Assembly: GCA_016839605.1 (NCBI GenBank)
Contig: JAEOTX010000096.1
Location: 1-49,158, forward strand
Length of the DNA: 49,158 nt
Source of the DNA: Candidatus Thorarchaeota archaeon
Lineage (GTDB): Archaea; Asgardarchaeota; Thorarchaeia; Thorarchaeales; Thorarchaeaceae
Direction of reading: 5' to 3'
The notes under the pieces were generated by a model. That model ran no database searches. It had not been told where the DNA came from and saw only the letters and a program-made list of their open reading frames with translations. The translations under genes and the position numbers were made by a program. Positions 16,925-27,297 of this stretch are shown here, piece by piece. Each line of letters starts with the position of its first letter. The first letter of the stretch is position 1.

Positions 16925-18906
16925 TATGCAACACCTCCTCTAGCACGAGCCGCACTTTCCACTTGCGGCATGACTTGGTCCTTGCGATAGTGACGCATGT
17001 CTATAGCGTTTTGAGGACATCCACCAGCACAAGTTCCGCAGCCTTGGCAGAGCTCGAACATGACTTTTCGCTCCGGACCTTCACCAGTGATTGCTCCATA
17101 TGGACACATGTCATTGCACAGTCCACAGTCGATGCAGGCCTCAGTGTCAATGTCAGCAAAGATAGGCTCAACAAGAAACTCACCAGGAGCCATCAGAGCC
17201 TGTGCTCCAGCAGCTGCAGCCTTCCCATACGCAACAGCCTTTGGAATATCCATTGGGCCAAGCACAGCTCCAGCCAAGAACACACCATCTCTGAATGAGT
17301 CAACTGGCCGCAGTTTGGGGTGTGCTTCCATGAGGAATCCTGTTTCACCTTGAGATACATTGAGTTTGCGTGCTAGCTCTTCAATGTCAGATGGAGGTAG
17401 GATTGCAGATGCAAGCACCACCATGTCATAAGTCACCTCAAGGCGCTCTCCTGTGTAGAGGTCTTCTGCTAGCACCTTCAGGTTCTTTGTCTCTGGGTTC
17501 TGTTCGATCTCCGATGGCCTGCCCTTAATGACAGTGACGCCCATTTCTCTAGCTCTACGATAGAGACCCTCATACCCGAGACCATGAGTGCGAACATCCA
17601 TGGCGAAGATATGAACGTCTGCGTCAGGGTATTTTTCCATGATTTGGGTTGCCTGTTTGAAAGAGTTCTCACAGCCATAATAGCAGCAGTAGTCCTGGTC
17701 CATCCTGCGGTCTCGAGAGCCTACGCATTGTACGAAGGCAAAGCGTTTAGGCGTCTCACCGTCGGAGGGCCTCTTCACCTTTCCATGCGTCGGTCCAGCT
17801 GCGTTTGTGAGTCGTTCAAGCTGAACATTGGTAATGACATTTTGAAAGACGCCATAGCCAAATTCCCTGGTCTCTGAGGGGTCATAAATGTCGAATCCGG
17901 TTGCTACTACAATGGTGCCGACATTGATCTCGGTGATCTTGTCTTGCATGTCATAATCAATAGCTCCAGTTGGACAATGCTTCTGACACACTCCACATTT
18001 GCCCTCGGTTATCATTCTGCATTTCTCGGGGTCTATGGTATATGTAGAAGGCACTGCCTGTGGGAATGGCCTATAGACAGCTTTCCTCTTAGCTAAGCCA
18101 AACTCGTACTCGTTGTCGACCTTTGATGGACACTTCGTCTCACACACGCCGCATCCGGTGCATTTCTCAACGTCGATGTATCGTGTCTTCTCCCTAACTC
18201 GGATTGTGAAATTCCCAACGTATCCATCTACACTCTCAACCTCACTGTAAGCCAGCAAGTGTATCTTTGGGTGACGGCCTACCTCGGACATGATAGGTCC
18301 TAGAATGCAGATACTACAATCATTCTGTGGGAACACCTTGTCAAGCAAGGCCATTTGCCCACCGATAGTAGGTCGCTTCTCAATCAGATAGGTTTCAAAC
18401 CCAGCCTTTGCTAAGTCTAATGCAGCCGAGATCCCGGCTACACCTCCCCCAATGACCGCAGTCTTCTGTATCACAGGGACTGTCTGGCGCATGAGTGGTT
18501 CGAGATTCTTGACCCTCTCCACCGACATTGCCACGAGTTCCTTCGCCTTTGTTGTGGCTTTCTCATTTTGGCCCATGTGGCACCAAGAAACATGTTCTCG
18601 CAGGTTGACCTGATCGTAGAGATACGGGTTCAGACCAGCATCCTCTACACAGGCTCTGAACACAGGCTCATGGGTCCTAGGGGTACAAGATGCAACAACG
18701 ACCCTGTTGAGATTGTGCTCCTTGATGGCCTCCTTGATGTTCTCCTGGCCATCGTCTGAACAAGCGAAGAGCAAGTCAGTCGAGTGCACTACTCCAGGTA
18801 GCTTCGCTGCGAACTTCGCAACTGCAGGACAGTCCACTGTTCCATTGATATTCAATCCACAATGGCAAGTAAATACACCAACTCTAGCTGTATCATCGCT
18901 CATCAC
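16924..18906 (-). CDS. hdrA: Heterodisulfide reductase subunit A (canonical ~660 aa architecture)
   Basis: RVGVFTCHCGLNI, GGGVAG, inserted ferredoxin, QCVGSRD, HPKLRPV, C-terminal ferredoxin. Confidence 0.93.
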   Translation of the reverse strand: MMSDDTARVGVFTCHCGLNINGTVDCPAVAKFAAKLPGVVHSTDLLFACSDDGQENIKEAIKEHNLNRVVVASCTPRTHEPVFRACVEDAGLNPYLYDQVNLREHVSWCHMGQNEKATTKAKELVAMSVERVKNLEPLMRQTVPVIQKTAVIGGGVAGISAALDLAKAGFETYLIEKRPTIGGQMALLDKVFPQNDCSICILGPIMSEVGRHPKIHLLAYSEVESVDGYVGNFTIRVREKTRYIDVEKCTGCGVCETKCPSKVDNEYEFGLAKRKAVYRPFPQAVPSTYTIDPEKCRMITEGKCGVCQKHCPTGAIDYDMQDKITEINVGTIVVATGFDIYDPSETREFGYGVFQNVITNVQLERLTNAAGPTHGKVKRPSDGETPKRFAFVQCVGSRDRRMDQDYCCYYGCENSFKQATQIMEKYPDADVHIFAMDVRTHGLGYEGLYRRAREMGVTVIKGRPSEIEQNPETKNLKVLAEDLYTGERLEVTYDMVVLASAILPPSDIEELARKLNVSQGETGFLMEAHPKLRPVDSFRDGVFLAGAVLGPMDIPKAVAYGKAAAAGAQALMAPGEFLVEPIFADIDTEACIDCGLCNDMCPYGAITGEGPERKVMFELCQGCGTCAGGCPQNAIDMRHYRKDQVMPQVESAARARGGVA

Positions 18907-19814
18907 TTGCCACCTCCTTCAACTGGCGCACCAGCCTTGAGCTTAGCAGCAAATGAGGCAGTGCTGGCGGTGTGTTGTTGAAGGCCAATCTCCTTCGGAC
19001 TGAAACCAAAAGCAAGGGCAAGCAATTGAGGATAATGAAGAACAGGAATGTCGAGGTCCTCGATGCCGAACTTGTTTTTGATAATCCTCTGTCCCATGTC
19101 ATGTTGAATGTGACACAAAGAGCATACTGTGACAAGAGCATCAACATCAGCCTCCTTGGCATCAATCAGACGATCCCTCAAGACCTCATCAGCAAGATCG
19201 TCTTCGGTTCCTCTCAGAAGGCCTCCACAACATCTGTGTCTTCCAGTGTACTGCTTACTTGTAGCACCTAGGCCTTCAAGGATCTCATCGGCGAATGTAG
19301 GTCTCTCAGAGTATTCGATATTAAGAATCTCGTGTGGTTTGAGCATATGACAGCCGTATCTCAATCCAAGGTCAATGCCTTCGAAATCTTTTACAATCTT
19401 ACTCTGAATCACGTCTAATCCAATCTGGTTGTAAAGAAAGTCAACTAGATGAAACGCTTCTACGGTTCCCTCATATCTCAGACCAGCTGTTCTAAGGATG
19501 TTGTTAATTTGGTCATGCACTCCAGGATACTTCTCGATGGTATGATTCACTCTTTTGTAAGAATGAAAGCACCCACTGCATGGAGTCAACATGTCGAGTC
19601 CCATCTCTTCCGCCTTTGCAAGATTTCTGGCAGCCATTGCACGACTCGTTGCTATGTCAAGAGACTGCATCCAGAAGGGGGCGCAACATGTCTCATTCGG
19701 AACGTCAACTATCTCAACATCAAGGTGTTCCAGGACTTTGCGCGTGGCAGCTTCATATCCAAGTAATGAGCGTCTTGAAGGAACAAGACAACCCCAAGCG
19801 ATTGCCATCTTCAT
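18903..19814 (-). CDS. hdrB: Heterodisulfide reductase subunit B
   Basis: WGC, CCAP, PCSGC, YGCH, CCGG, VCSLCHIQHD. Confidence 0.92.
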   Translation of the reverse strand: MKMAIAWGCLVPSRRSLLGYEAATRKVLEHLDVEIVDVPNETCCAPFWMQSLDIATSRAMAARNLAKAEEMGLDMLTPCSGCFHSYKRVNHTIEKYPGVHDQINNILRTAGLRYEGTVEAFHLVDFLYNQIGLDVIQSKIVKDFEGIDLGLRYGCHMLKPHEILNIEYSERPTFADEILEGLGATSKQYTGRHRCCGGLLRGTEDDLADEVLRDRLIDAKEADVDALVTVCSLCHIQHDMGQRIIKNKFGIEDLDIPVLHYPQLLALAFGFSPKEIGLQQHTASTASFAAKLKAGAPVEGGGK

Positions 19815-20377
19815 TATGTCCTATCCCTCCCTTTGTAGAGCGCTAGTATTTTATCAAAGCCAGAGGCTTGTATGATCTTAGCAATCTCATCCATCGCAGG
19901 CTCCTGCAATGGTGGGAGATCCAGCTTGTCGCGCATCTTATTCACAGCAAAGGTCATGGGAACGACTCGGCCGTGTTCAACAACGGTCTTTGCCATCTCC
20001 AAATAGCCCTCTGCGGCGTGTCCTTCTTTTACTGCCATGTTTCGTAGTATTGTCACAATGTCGGTGAAGTTGACCTCTTGGACGCACCGTTCTTCACAAG
20101 TGAAGCATGCAGCACACATCCAGATGTCTTCACTTGAGAGGACTAAATCCTTGAGCCCAAGCAAAACATTCCCAAGCACTTTTCTGGGTCTGTAATCAGT
20201 CACTGCTCCGACTGGACAACCTCCACTGCAGGCTCCACATTTCAAGCAACGTAAGAGCCCCTCTCCCCCAACTTGATTTGCAACCTCATACTTGAATGCC
20301 CGATCTACATCTTCATCTCGTATGGGAGCATCATCTCGTTGGGTCCTGATTTCGTCAGTCTGTCCCATGTTCGTCAC
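19814..20377 (-). CDS. hdrC: Heterodisulfide reductase subunit C
   Basis: CLKCGACSGGCP, PRKV, IWMCAACFTCEERC, LRNMAVKEG. Confidence 0.92.
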   Translation of the reverse strand: MTNMGQTDEIRTQRDDAPIRDEDVDRAFKYEVANQVGGEGLLRCLKCGACSGGCPVGAVTDYRPRKVLGNVLLGLKDLVLSSEDIWMCAACFTCEERCVQEVNFTDIVTILRNMAVKEGHAAEGYLEMAKTVVEHGRVVPMTFAVNKMRDKLDLPPLQEPAMDEIAKIIQASGFDKILALYKGRDRT

Positions 20378-20890
20378 CCAGTACCCCTGTTCCAGATCCC
20401 TGATGAGCTGCTGATGGTGTCGGGGTTCAATCCAGTGTTTGCCTCGATGACGCGGGACAAGTAAGATACATTGCCACGCTTTCGATGTCCTTCGTTGTAT
20501 CAGGTTTCATGTCCGAATTCGTACAAATGGATATGTGTAAGTCATTCTATTATATCTCTGACGATTTTGGATTGAGGAGTTAAGAAGAATAAAGCTTGTG
20601 TTTTCAAACATCTGATGTACTTATTTGTCTGATAAGCAACATTCTACACATATATGGTGTCTTCACGGTTTGAGAGAGTCTTGAATGGAAATTAAACTCA
20701 TTTCGTCTCAGTCTGCATGGAAAACGATACCTGCCAGAAGATAATGATTGGAATAGTGCACATTTCAGTCAGCAAGTCATGTCATAAGCATAACATAATT
20801 GCTGGAATATTGTTATGATTTCGTGCATGGCATGAATCATATCGAAAACTGGCTGGCCATCCTCAAAGTGATATAAGTGGGATTGAATAA

Positions 20891-21925
20891 ATGAGTCTTG
20901 TGACTAATTTGGCGGTATCGGAACCTCTGGAGTTAATTGAGCAAGCACTTCGTTGTGAAGATTCTGATCGAACTCCTGTTGTGCCCCTCGTTGGACTCCA
21001 CTCCTCAGTCTACTCTGACATGGATGTGCTAGATCTAGTCCAGGACGCAGATGCACAATCAAAATCACAGCTGATGGCTTTGCGGAAGTTTGGCTATGAT
21101 GGTGTATTTACGTGCATGGACTTGACGATGGAGGCTGAAGCACTTGGAGCTGCAGTTGATTTTCCAGAGAATGCATTTCCATACGTACGGCAGCATCCAA
21201 TTGATGAACCACTTGATATCCTAGAATTAGAGATGCCACCTGTGGTTGATACTCGGATGAACATCTTTGTTGATACTGCCGAGAAACTCGTGAAAGAGGT
21301 TGGAGAAACCCATCTTGTGAGTAGCTACATGATAGGACCTTTCACACTAGCAGGGCATCTTCTTGGAGTTGAGGAGATGCTTGAGTTGTCGATGGAGGAA
21401 CAAGACCAGACAAAATCAATCGTCGGACATTGTCAAGAACTGTTGGTCCCATTAGTCGAGAAATTCGCTGAAGTTGGAACTCACAATATCGTCATTCTCG
21501 AGCCAACGGCCAGTTCCAGCATTATATCTCCACGATTCTTTCAGAAATACTCACAGCCATACCTCGCGAAACTAGTCGATGGTATTCAGAGAAGGGGTGC
21601 AAAGGCAACAGTGCATATCTGTGGAAATACACTCCCCATTATTTCTGCAATGTGTGATACGGGAGCTGATGCCTTGAGTCTTGACTCAGTGGTAGACTTG
21701 TCTGAAGCAAAAGTGAGATCAAAGGGAAGGTCTGGCATCATGGGGAATGTGGATACATCACTCATGCTCACAGGCACTCCAAAGGAAATTCACGATGCAG
21801 CACGAGATTGCCTAGATAAGGCGGCTAAAGGAGGCGGGTATATTCTGAGTACCGGCTGTGACCTTCCGCTAGAAACTCCCCCTGTGAATCTTCAGGCACT
21901 TGTTGATGTTGTTGGAGAGGTCTGA
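20891..21925 (+). CDS. MtaA/CmuA-family (UroD-fold) corrinoid-dependent methyltransferase
   Basis: DRTPVVP, EAEALGA, GPFTLAGHL, Zn ligands HICG and STGCD, MGNVD. Confidence 0.88.
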   Translation: MSLVTNLAVSEPLELIEQALRCEDSDRTPVVPLVGLHSSVYSDMDVLDLVQDADAQSKSQLMALRKFGYDGVFTCMDLTMEAEALGAAVDFPENAFPYVRQHPIDEPLDILELEMPPVVDTRMNIFVDTAEKLVKEVGETHLVSSYMIGPFTLAGHLLGVEEMLELSMEEQDQTKSIVGHCQELLVPLVEKFAEVGTHNIVILEPTASSSIISPRFFQKYSQPYLAKLVDGIQRRGAKATVHICGNTLPIISAMCDTGADALSLDSVVDLSEAKVRSKGRSGIMGNVDTSLMLTGTPKEIHDAARDCLDKAAKGGGYILSTGCDLPLETPPVNLQALVDVVGEV

Positions 21926-22055
21926 AAGGGCTCTAGCTTCCTGAAACTAGTTACGAGCTGAAACTGCTTATTCTGGCCTTCAAAGAGCATAGAAGATATT
22001 AGTCTGTTACTTCTTGAAAATGCCAAAGGCACCAGTTTCGGGGTGTGTGTAGAGA

Positions 22056-23405
22056 ATGGATGCACGACATATTGAGATTTTGAAGAGTCTTGGAGTTGAT
22101 ATCAACGAAAAGAACGCAAAAAATAGTCAACATTGGATTGAACGGACAAAATCTCACGCGCTGGCTACTCAAAATAGGGAGGTCTACGGATTCATTGATC
22201 ATACAAGAGGCGAAGGAATCCGAATGTATGACATTGACGGAAATGAATACTTAGACTTAGCTTCAGGAGTCGCTGTCAGAGCGATGGGACTTAGATACAA
22301 GCCATTTATCGAATTTGAGTCAAGTATTGTTGATGTAGTTCATGAGATTATGTCAAACAACTGGGACTCAATACCTCAGACCGCGTTCGCAGAGAAACTC
22401 ATATCGATTACTCCGGGGACTCATGAGAAGCAGGCATCTATGACCACTTCAGGAGCGCGAGCTGTTGAAAACTGCATGAAGTCTGCAATGGATAGATCAG
22501 GTCACCAGAGATTCATAGGCTTTCGGCCTTCGTTTCATGGTCGCACTGGCTATGCCTTGGCGCTGACTGCTTCAAATAAGAAGCACAAGGCAGGATTTCC
22601 TCAAGGTGTAGATGTGACGCGCGTGTTCTATCCCTATTGTTATCGTTGCCCATATGGTCAGAATGCAGAGGACTGTAATGTCGAGTGTGCTGAGGCACTA
22701 CGAGGAGCGATAGAGGTTGAGGGTGATGACATAGCAGCTACAGTCATGGAGTCGGTCTGCTGCGAAGGAGGTTTCCTTATTCCTCCAAAGAAGGCAGTCA
22801 AGGCAATCTATGATATAACCAAGGAATATGGAGGACACTTCATTGCAGATGAAGTTCAGGCAGGTATGGGTAGGACAGGAAAATGGTGGGCAATAGAGCA
22901 CTTTGATGTAGTCCCAGATTATATTGCAATGGGGAAAGCGATAGGTGTTGGATATCCACTCGGTGCGAGTGTGGGTCCAAGCCCCATGTTCTCAGCATAC
23001 TCCCGACACTCAGAAACCTTTGGTGCTGAACCAAAGATGGCTTTGCAATGTTTATGGCTTCTCAAGCATCTTGAGGACGAGAATATCCTAAGCAAAAATG
23101 CCGAGAAAGGGGCGTACATGACAAAACGTCTCACAGAACTCAAGGATAAACATGAAGTGATTGGCGATGTCCGTGGACTTGGCTTGATGACAGGCATTGA
23201 GTTTGTGAAAGACAAGAAGTCAAAGGAAAGAGATCAGAAAACCCGGAATGACATTGTTAAGAATGCAGTGCATAAGTATAAGCTCTGGGTTCTCGCAGCT
23301 GGTCACAATGTGATACGGTGGCTTCCAAGCTACATCATCACAAAGGAAGATATTGACGAATGCCTTGATAGGTTTGAGAAGGCGATCATTGACTCCAGCA
23401 AGTAG
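22056..23405 (+). CDS. Class III PLP aminotransferase (ornithine/GABA/omega-amino type)
   Basis: DIDGNEYLD, SGARAVE, FHGRT, ADEVQAGMGRTG, PLP lysine in MGKAIG, GDVRGLGLM. Confidence 0.9.
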   Translation: MDARHIEILKSLGVDINEKNAKNSQHWIERTKSHALATQNREVYGFIDHTRGEGIRMYDIDGNEYLDLASGVAVRAMGLRYKPFIEFESSIVDVVHEIMSNNWDSIPQTAFAEKLISITPGTHEKQASMTTSGARAVENCMKSAMDRSGHQRFIGFRPSFHGRTGYALALTASNKKHKAGFPQGVDVTRVFYPYCYRCPYGQNAEDCNVECAEALRGAIEVEGDDIAATVMESVCCEGGFLIPPKKAVKAIYDITKEYGGHFIADEVQAGMGRTGKWWAIEHFDVVPDYIAMGKAIGVGYPLGASVGPSPMFSAYSRHSETFGAEPKMALQCLWLLKHLEDENILSKNAEKGAYMTKRLTELKDKHEVIGDVRGLGLMTGIEFVKDKKSKERDQKTRNDIVKNAVHKYKLWVLAAGHNVIRWLPSYIITKEDIDECLDRFEKAIIDSSK

Positions 23406-23419
23406 AGTGGTGATAATAG

Positions 23420-24382
23420 ATGAAAAATGACAACAGATGGAACGAGCTTTATGATGTTGAGCATCCACCCCTAGTGGGTTTTGAAGAGGGAGAGATGCAG
23501 AAAGTATACGACAGCTCTAGTTTTGGAGTAGCCTCAAACTACAGCAAGCTCAAGCGTATTCTCCTGCATCGACCAAGTGAGGAGGTCAACGTAGTAAAGG
23601 AAGACCCAGTCTTTTGGCTGTGGGACGGTGTACCTGATCTAAAGATAGCACAAGAGGAGTGGGATGGACTAGCCAATCTGATACGAGATAATGGTGTAAA
23701 GGTTGAGATATTGGAGGAAGCATACCCACGCTGTGCTAAGCAATACTTCTGCCGCGACCAAGCGACGATGACACCTTGGGGGGTCATTATCAGTAGAATG
23801 GCTCTGACACAAAGGTGGGGAGAAGAGCAGCTCTTTGCGAAGAAGATGTGGGAACTGCAAATCCCAGTTCTATCAATGGTAACTGGAAAAGGTATCTTTG
23901 AAGGAGGAAATTACATCCCACTTGATCGAAACACAGTGGTCATTGGAAGAGGAATAAGATGCAATGACAGCGGCATCAACCAAGTGAAGAATGTTCTTGA
24001 GCTGATGGACATTGAAGTGATAGTGATAGACGTTCCTTCATATCTTGAACACTATGGTGGATATGTCCATGCAGATGTATGTTTGAACCCTATTGACAAG
24101 GACTTGGCACTGGTATATCCTGAGGGTCTACCATATTGGTTTCTAAACGAGCTCAGAGACCGCGGGTATGACATGATAGAGGTTGAACGTGAGGAGGTCT
24201 TGAAAATGGGGACGAATGTTCTACCGCTTGATGCAAAGAAAGTCATTCTTTCCAAGGGAAATCCTATGGTCAAGAAACGGTTAGAGGATGTAGGGGTCAA
24301 AGTATTCGAAGTAAAACTTGATGAACTCAGAAAGGGCGGCGGAGGTCCTCGCTGTCTTGTAATGGAGCTTCTAAGAGTCTAA
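23420..24382 (+). CDS. Amidinotransferase/arginine deiminase/DDAH superfamily (pentein) enzyme
   Basis: LKRILLHRP, FCRD, R.GE, FEGGN, HAD, catalytic GGGGPRC. Confidence 0.88.
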   Translation: MKNDNRWNELYDVEHPPLVGFEEGEMQKVYDSSSFGVASNYSKLKRILLHRPSEEVNVVKEDPVFWLWDGVPDLKIAQEEWDGLANLIRDNGVKVEILEEAYPRCAKQYFCRDQATMTPWGVIISRMALTQRWGEEQLFAKKMWELQIPVLSMVTGKGIFEGGNYIPLDRNTVVIGRGIRCNDSGINQVKNVLELMDIEVIVIDVPSYLEHYGGYVHADVCLNPIDKDLALVYPEGLPYWFLNELRDRGYDMIEVEREEVLKMGTNVLPLDAKKVILSKGNPMVKKRLEDVGVKVFEVKLDELRKGGGGPRCLVMELLRV

Positions 24383-24397
24383 AGGAGAATCAGAAAA

Positions 24398-25354
24398 ATG
24401 AAGCCCTTCGTAGGTAGAGATTTTCTTACACTGATGGACTACAACAAAGAAGAGATACTAAGGATTATCGATCTTGCTGATGAGCTGAAGAATATGCGTG
24501 CAAAAGGAGAACCACATGCATATCTACAAGGGAAGACTGTCGCGATGATCTTTGAGAAGCACTCGACTAGAACGAGGCTCTCATTCCAAGCTGGCGCAGC
24601 TCACTTAGGATTACAGGCCTTCTACATGGATCCATCAACGATGCAGATCTCCAGGGGAGAATCGCTAATAGACACTGCGAAAACTATCGATAGGTATAGT
24701 GACGCCTTAGTGATTCGGACTCACGAACAGGAGATCGTGGATGATTTTGCAAAGTACATGGACCGACCGGTACTCAATGCACTGACCAATGAATCCCATC
24801 CATGCCAGCTTCTTGCAGACATTCAACATGTACGAGAAAAGAAAGGTCGTCTAAAGAATCTGAAAATTGGATATGTGGGTGATGTCTGGAACATGGCGCA
24901 TTCTTGGGGCATTGTGAGCTCAATCTTTGGTTGGGATATGATGTTTGCACTGCCTGAGAAATACAAGCATCTGTTTTGGCCACGAGCTAAGGAATTCATT
25001 GAGAAGACCAATCAAGAAACTGGTGGGAATCTTACACTGACTCATGACCTCAAGGATGCTATCACCGATGCAGATGTTGTAGTTGGAATAACATTTGTTA
25101 GTATGACTCGAGGAGCAACTGAGGAGGACATGAAAAAGAAACTAGCAGATTTCATGCCCTATCAGATTAACGCGGAGGTCATGAGTTGGGCGAAGAATGA
25201 TGCCATCTACATGCATTGTCTACCTGCGCATCGTGGAGAAGAGGTCACCGATGAAGTCATTGACGGCCCGCAGTCATTTGTATTCGATCAAGCAGAAAAC
25301 CGTATGCATACCGAAAAGGCCTTGCTAGCATTGCTAATGGGAGGAGTCGAATAA
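24398..25354 (+). CDS. argF: Ornithine carbamoyltransferase-family transcarbamylase with a variant acceptor-binding loop
   Basis: FEKHSTRTRLSF, HPCQLLAD, HCLPAHRGEEV, DQAENR. Confidence 0.85.
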   Translation: MKPFVGRDFLTLMDYNKEEILRIIDLADELKNMRAKGEPHAYLQGKTVAMIFEKHSTRTRLSFQAGAAHLGLQAFYMDPSTMQISRGESLIDTAKTIDRYSDALVIRTHEQEIVDDFAKYMDRPVLNALTNESHPCQLLADIQHVREKKGRLKNLKIGYVGDVWNMAHSWGIVSSIFGWDMMFALPEKYKHLFWPRAKEFIEKTNQETGGNLTLTHDLKDAITDADVVVGITFVSMTRGATEEDMKKKLADFMPYQINAEVMSWAKNDAIYMHCLPAHRGEEVTDEVIDGPQSFVFDQAENRMHTEKALLALLMGGVE

Positions 25355-25415
25355 CCCCTCACGCACATTGATGAACGTATCTCGGCGATAAATGATGCAG
25401 TCTATTGGATGATGG

Positions 25416-26546
25416 CTACTTCAGTGTCTGCAGCATCTCGTCAAACAATGCAAGACCACGCTTCAGTTTGTCTTCGCTATAGCCAAAGCCTATTCGCAGG
25501 TATGTTGGCATCCCAAAGTGCTCCCCAGGAATTATGAGCAAGCTCTTCTCCTTCAACAGACGATCAACTAGCTCCAGTGAACTAATAGACAGATTGTGCT
25601 TAGGAAAGCAGATGGCAGCCGCACCGGGAGCAATGCACTCAAAGATTTCGCTTCGTTCATCAAACCAGTCCTTCATGACGCTCCAGTGGCGTTTTACGAT
25701 ACGACTTGTACGATCGAGTATCCATTCTCTTGTCTTTGGCTGCAGGGCATAGGTGGCTAACTTGTCACTCAATATTGTCGGACATATTGTTGTATAGTCT
25801 GAGTATGACCAAAGCTGTTTTGCATGTGGCTTAACTGGTGCGACAATCCATCCAAGCCTTAGTCCTGGTAGACCGTATGACTTTGAGAGACTATTAGTGA
25901 CAATAGCCTTCTCACTCAGGTCGTATATGGTTGGAGTCATAGGCCCTTCCAACTCCGCACCTTGATAGATTTCATCAGAGAGGACCCAGACGTCAGCATC
26001 CTCTGCAATCTCAGCAATTCCCTTCAGGTACTCAGTACCCAAGGTTGCCCCCGTTGGATTATTGGGATTGCAAATTGCTATTGCTGCTGTTTTCTTTGTT
26101 ATAGCCTTCTTTAGTTCTTCAAGATCGGGTATCCATTGTCCTTCCTTCATTCTTAGGTGGAAGGGAGCGACAGATCCACTGAGTCCTTTTGTAACACCAT
26201 AGACCTGCATGTAGTTTGGAAGCATCATGACTATCTCATTTGCACCCTCCTGCTCGTGCAGGAAATTCCAAATGCAGATGAAGTTCGCTTCCGCACCCCC
26301 ATTGGTGACAACGACATTGTCTTCATCAGCGCCAGGGTACATACCTGCTATCGTTTTTCTAAGAGGTATAGTGCCATTTGTTTGAGAGTAGCTGAGTTTA
26401 GTCTGAAGGATCTGCATCCTTTCTTTCTCGTCCGGGATGAGGTCAGTGATAGCCAATGGCTCAACCCCACTCTCAGTCAAGTTAATGTCTACTCTGAACT
26501 CCCACTCTGATTGCATTCTTTCCATCTCAAAGGCTTCTAGCTTCAT
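25416..26546 (-). CDS. Class I/II PLP aminotransferase
   Basis: MKLEAFEMERMQS start (26546; ORF track extends to 26657), TNGGAEAN, CNPNNPTG, DEIY, SLSKSYGLPGLRLGW. Confidence 0.88.
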   Translation of the reverse strand: MKLEAFEMERMQSEWEFRVDINLTESGVEPLAITDLIPDEKERMQILQTKLSYSQTNGTIPLRKTIAGMYPGADEDNVVVTNGGAEANFICIWNFLHEQEGANEIVMMLPNYMQVYGVTKGLSGSVAPFHLRMKEGQWIPDLEELKKAITKKTAAIAICNPNNPTGATLGTEYLKGIAEIAEDADVWVLSDEIYQGAELEGPMTPTIYDLSEKAIVTNSLSKSYGLPGLRLGWIVAPVKPHAKQLWSYSDYTTICPTILSDKLATYALQPKTREWILDRTSRIVKRHWSVMKDWFDERSEIFECIAPGAAAICFPKHNLSISSLELVDRLLKEKSLLIIPGEHFGMPTYLRIGFGYSEDKLKRGLALFDEMLQTLK

Positions 26547-26655
26547 CAATGTCACCCAAGAGCAGCGAAACGCTACTTCGATTCTGCCAACCAAATCCGA
26601 GCTATATAAGAAGTCGGATGTTTGTTCAGTTGCCCAGCAATGAGGAGTAGCAGTC

Positions 26656-27294
26656 ATGAATCAATCTGAAACTGTTTCTTCACTGGTTCAAGTCATAATC
26701 GCTGGAAATCGAAAGGCAGCCCCTGAACTAGCAAAAAAACTCCTCCAGTCAGGCATGGATGCGTATGAAATAGTGACTGCTGCATGTTCACCAGCCATGG
26801 AACGGGTGGGTGAATTATACCAGGAGGAAGAATACTTCGTTCCTGAAATTCTCATGTCTGCAAAGGCATTCGAAGCAGTAATGGAGATTCTAAAACCCTT
26901 GTTATTGGAGGCTCAAGGGCAATATAGCGGGACGGTAATTCTTGGGGTGTGTGAAGGAGATATTCACACCATAGGGAAGAATCTCGTTGCTACGATGCTT
27001 GAAGCAGCGGGATTCAAGGTGATAGATCTAGGTAAAGATGTTCCAGTTGACAGGTTCATTGATTCAGCTGTCGAATACGATGCTGACATAATCGGTGCTT
27101 CAGCACTGATGACAACCTCGATGATTGCGATGGAAGATATTGTTGACAGAGCCAAGACAAAGGGAATCCGATCAAAGATCATGGTGGGAGGAGGGCCTGT
27201 TACGCAATCATATGCTGACTCTATTGGGGCTGATGGCTATGGCAAAGATGCCAAAGAAGCAGTTGATGTTGCCAAACGTCTGATGGAGGGGTAG
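26656..27294 (+). CDS. Methyltransferase cognate corrinoid (B12-binding) protein, MtaC/MtbC family
   Basis: EYFVPEILMSA cap domain, GDIHTIGKN (DxHxxG), SALMTTSM, VGGGPVT, GADGY. Confidence 0.93.
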   Translation: MNQSETVSSLVQVIIAGNRKAAPELAKKLLQSGMDAYEIVTAACSPAMERVGELYQEEEYFVPEILMSAKAFEAVMEILKPLLLEAQGQYSGTVILGVCEGDIHTIGKNLVATMLEAAGFKVIDLGKDVPVDRFIDSAVEYDADIIGASALMTTSMIAMEDIVDRAKTKGIRSKIMVGGGPVTQSYADSIGADGYGKDAKEAVDVAKRLMEG

Positions 27295-27297
27295 AGG

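Noticed and set aside
4223-18906. Selenocysteine in HdrA or MvhD/VhuD, which are selenoproteins in other archaea
   Set aside because: All HdrA and MvhD ORFs here are uninterrupted and use Cys codons; only vhuU has an in-frame UGA
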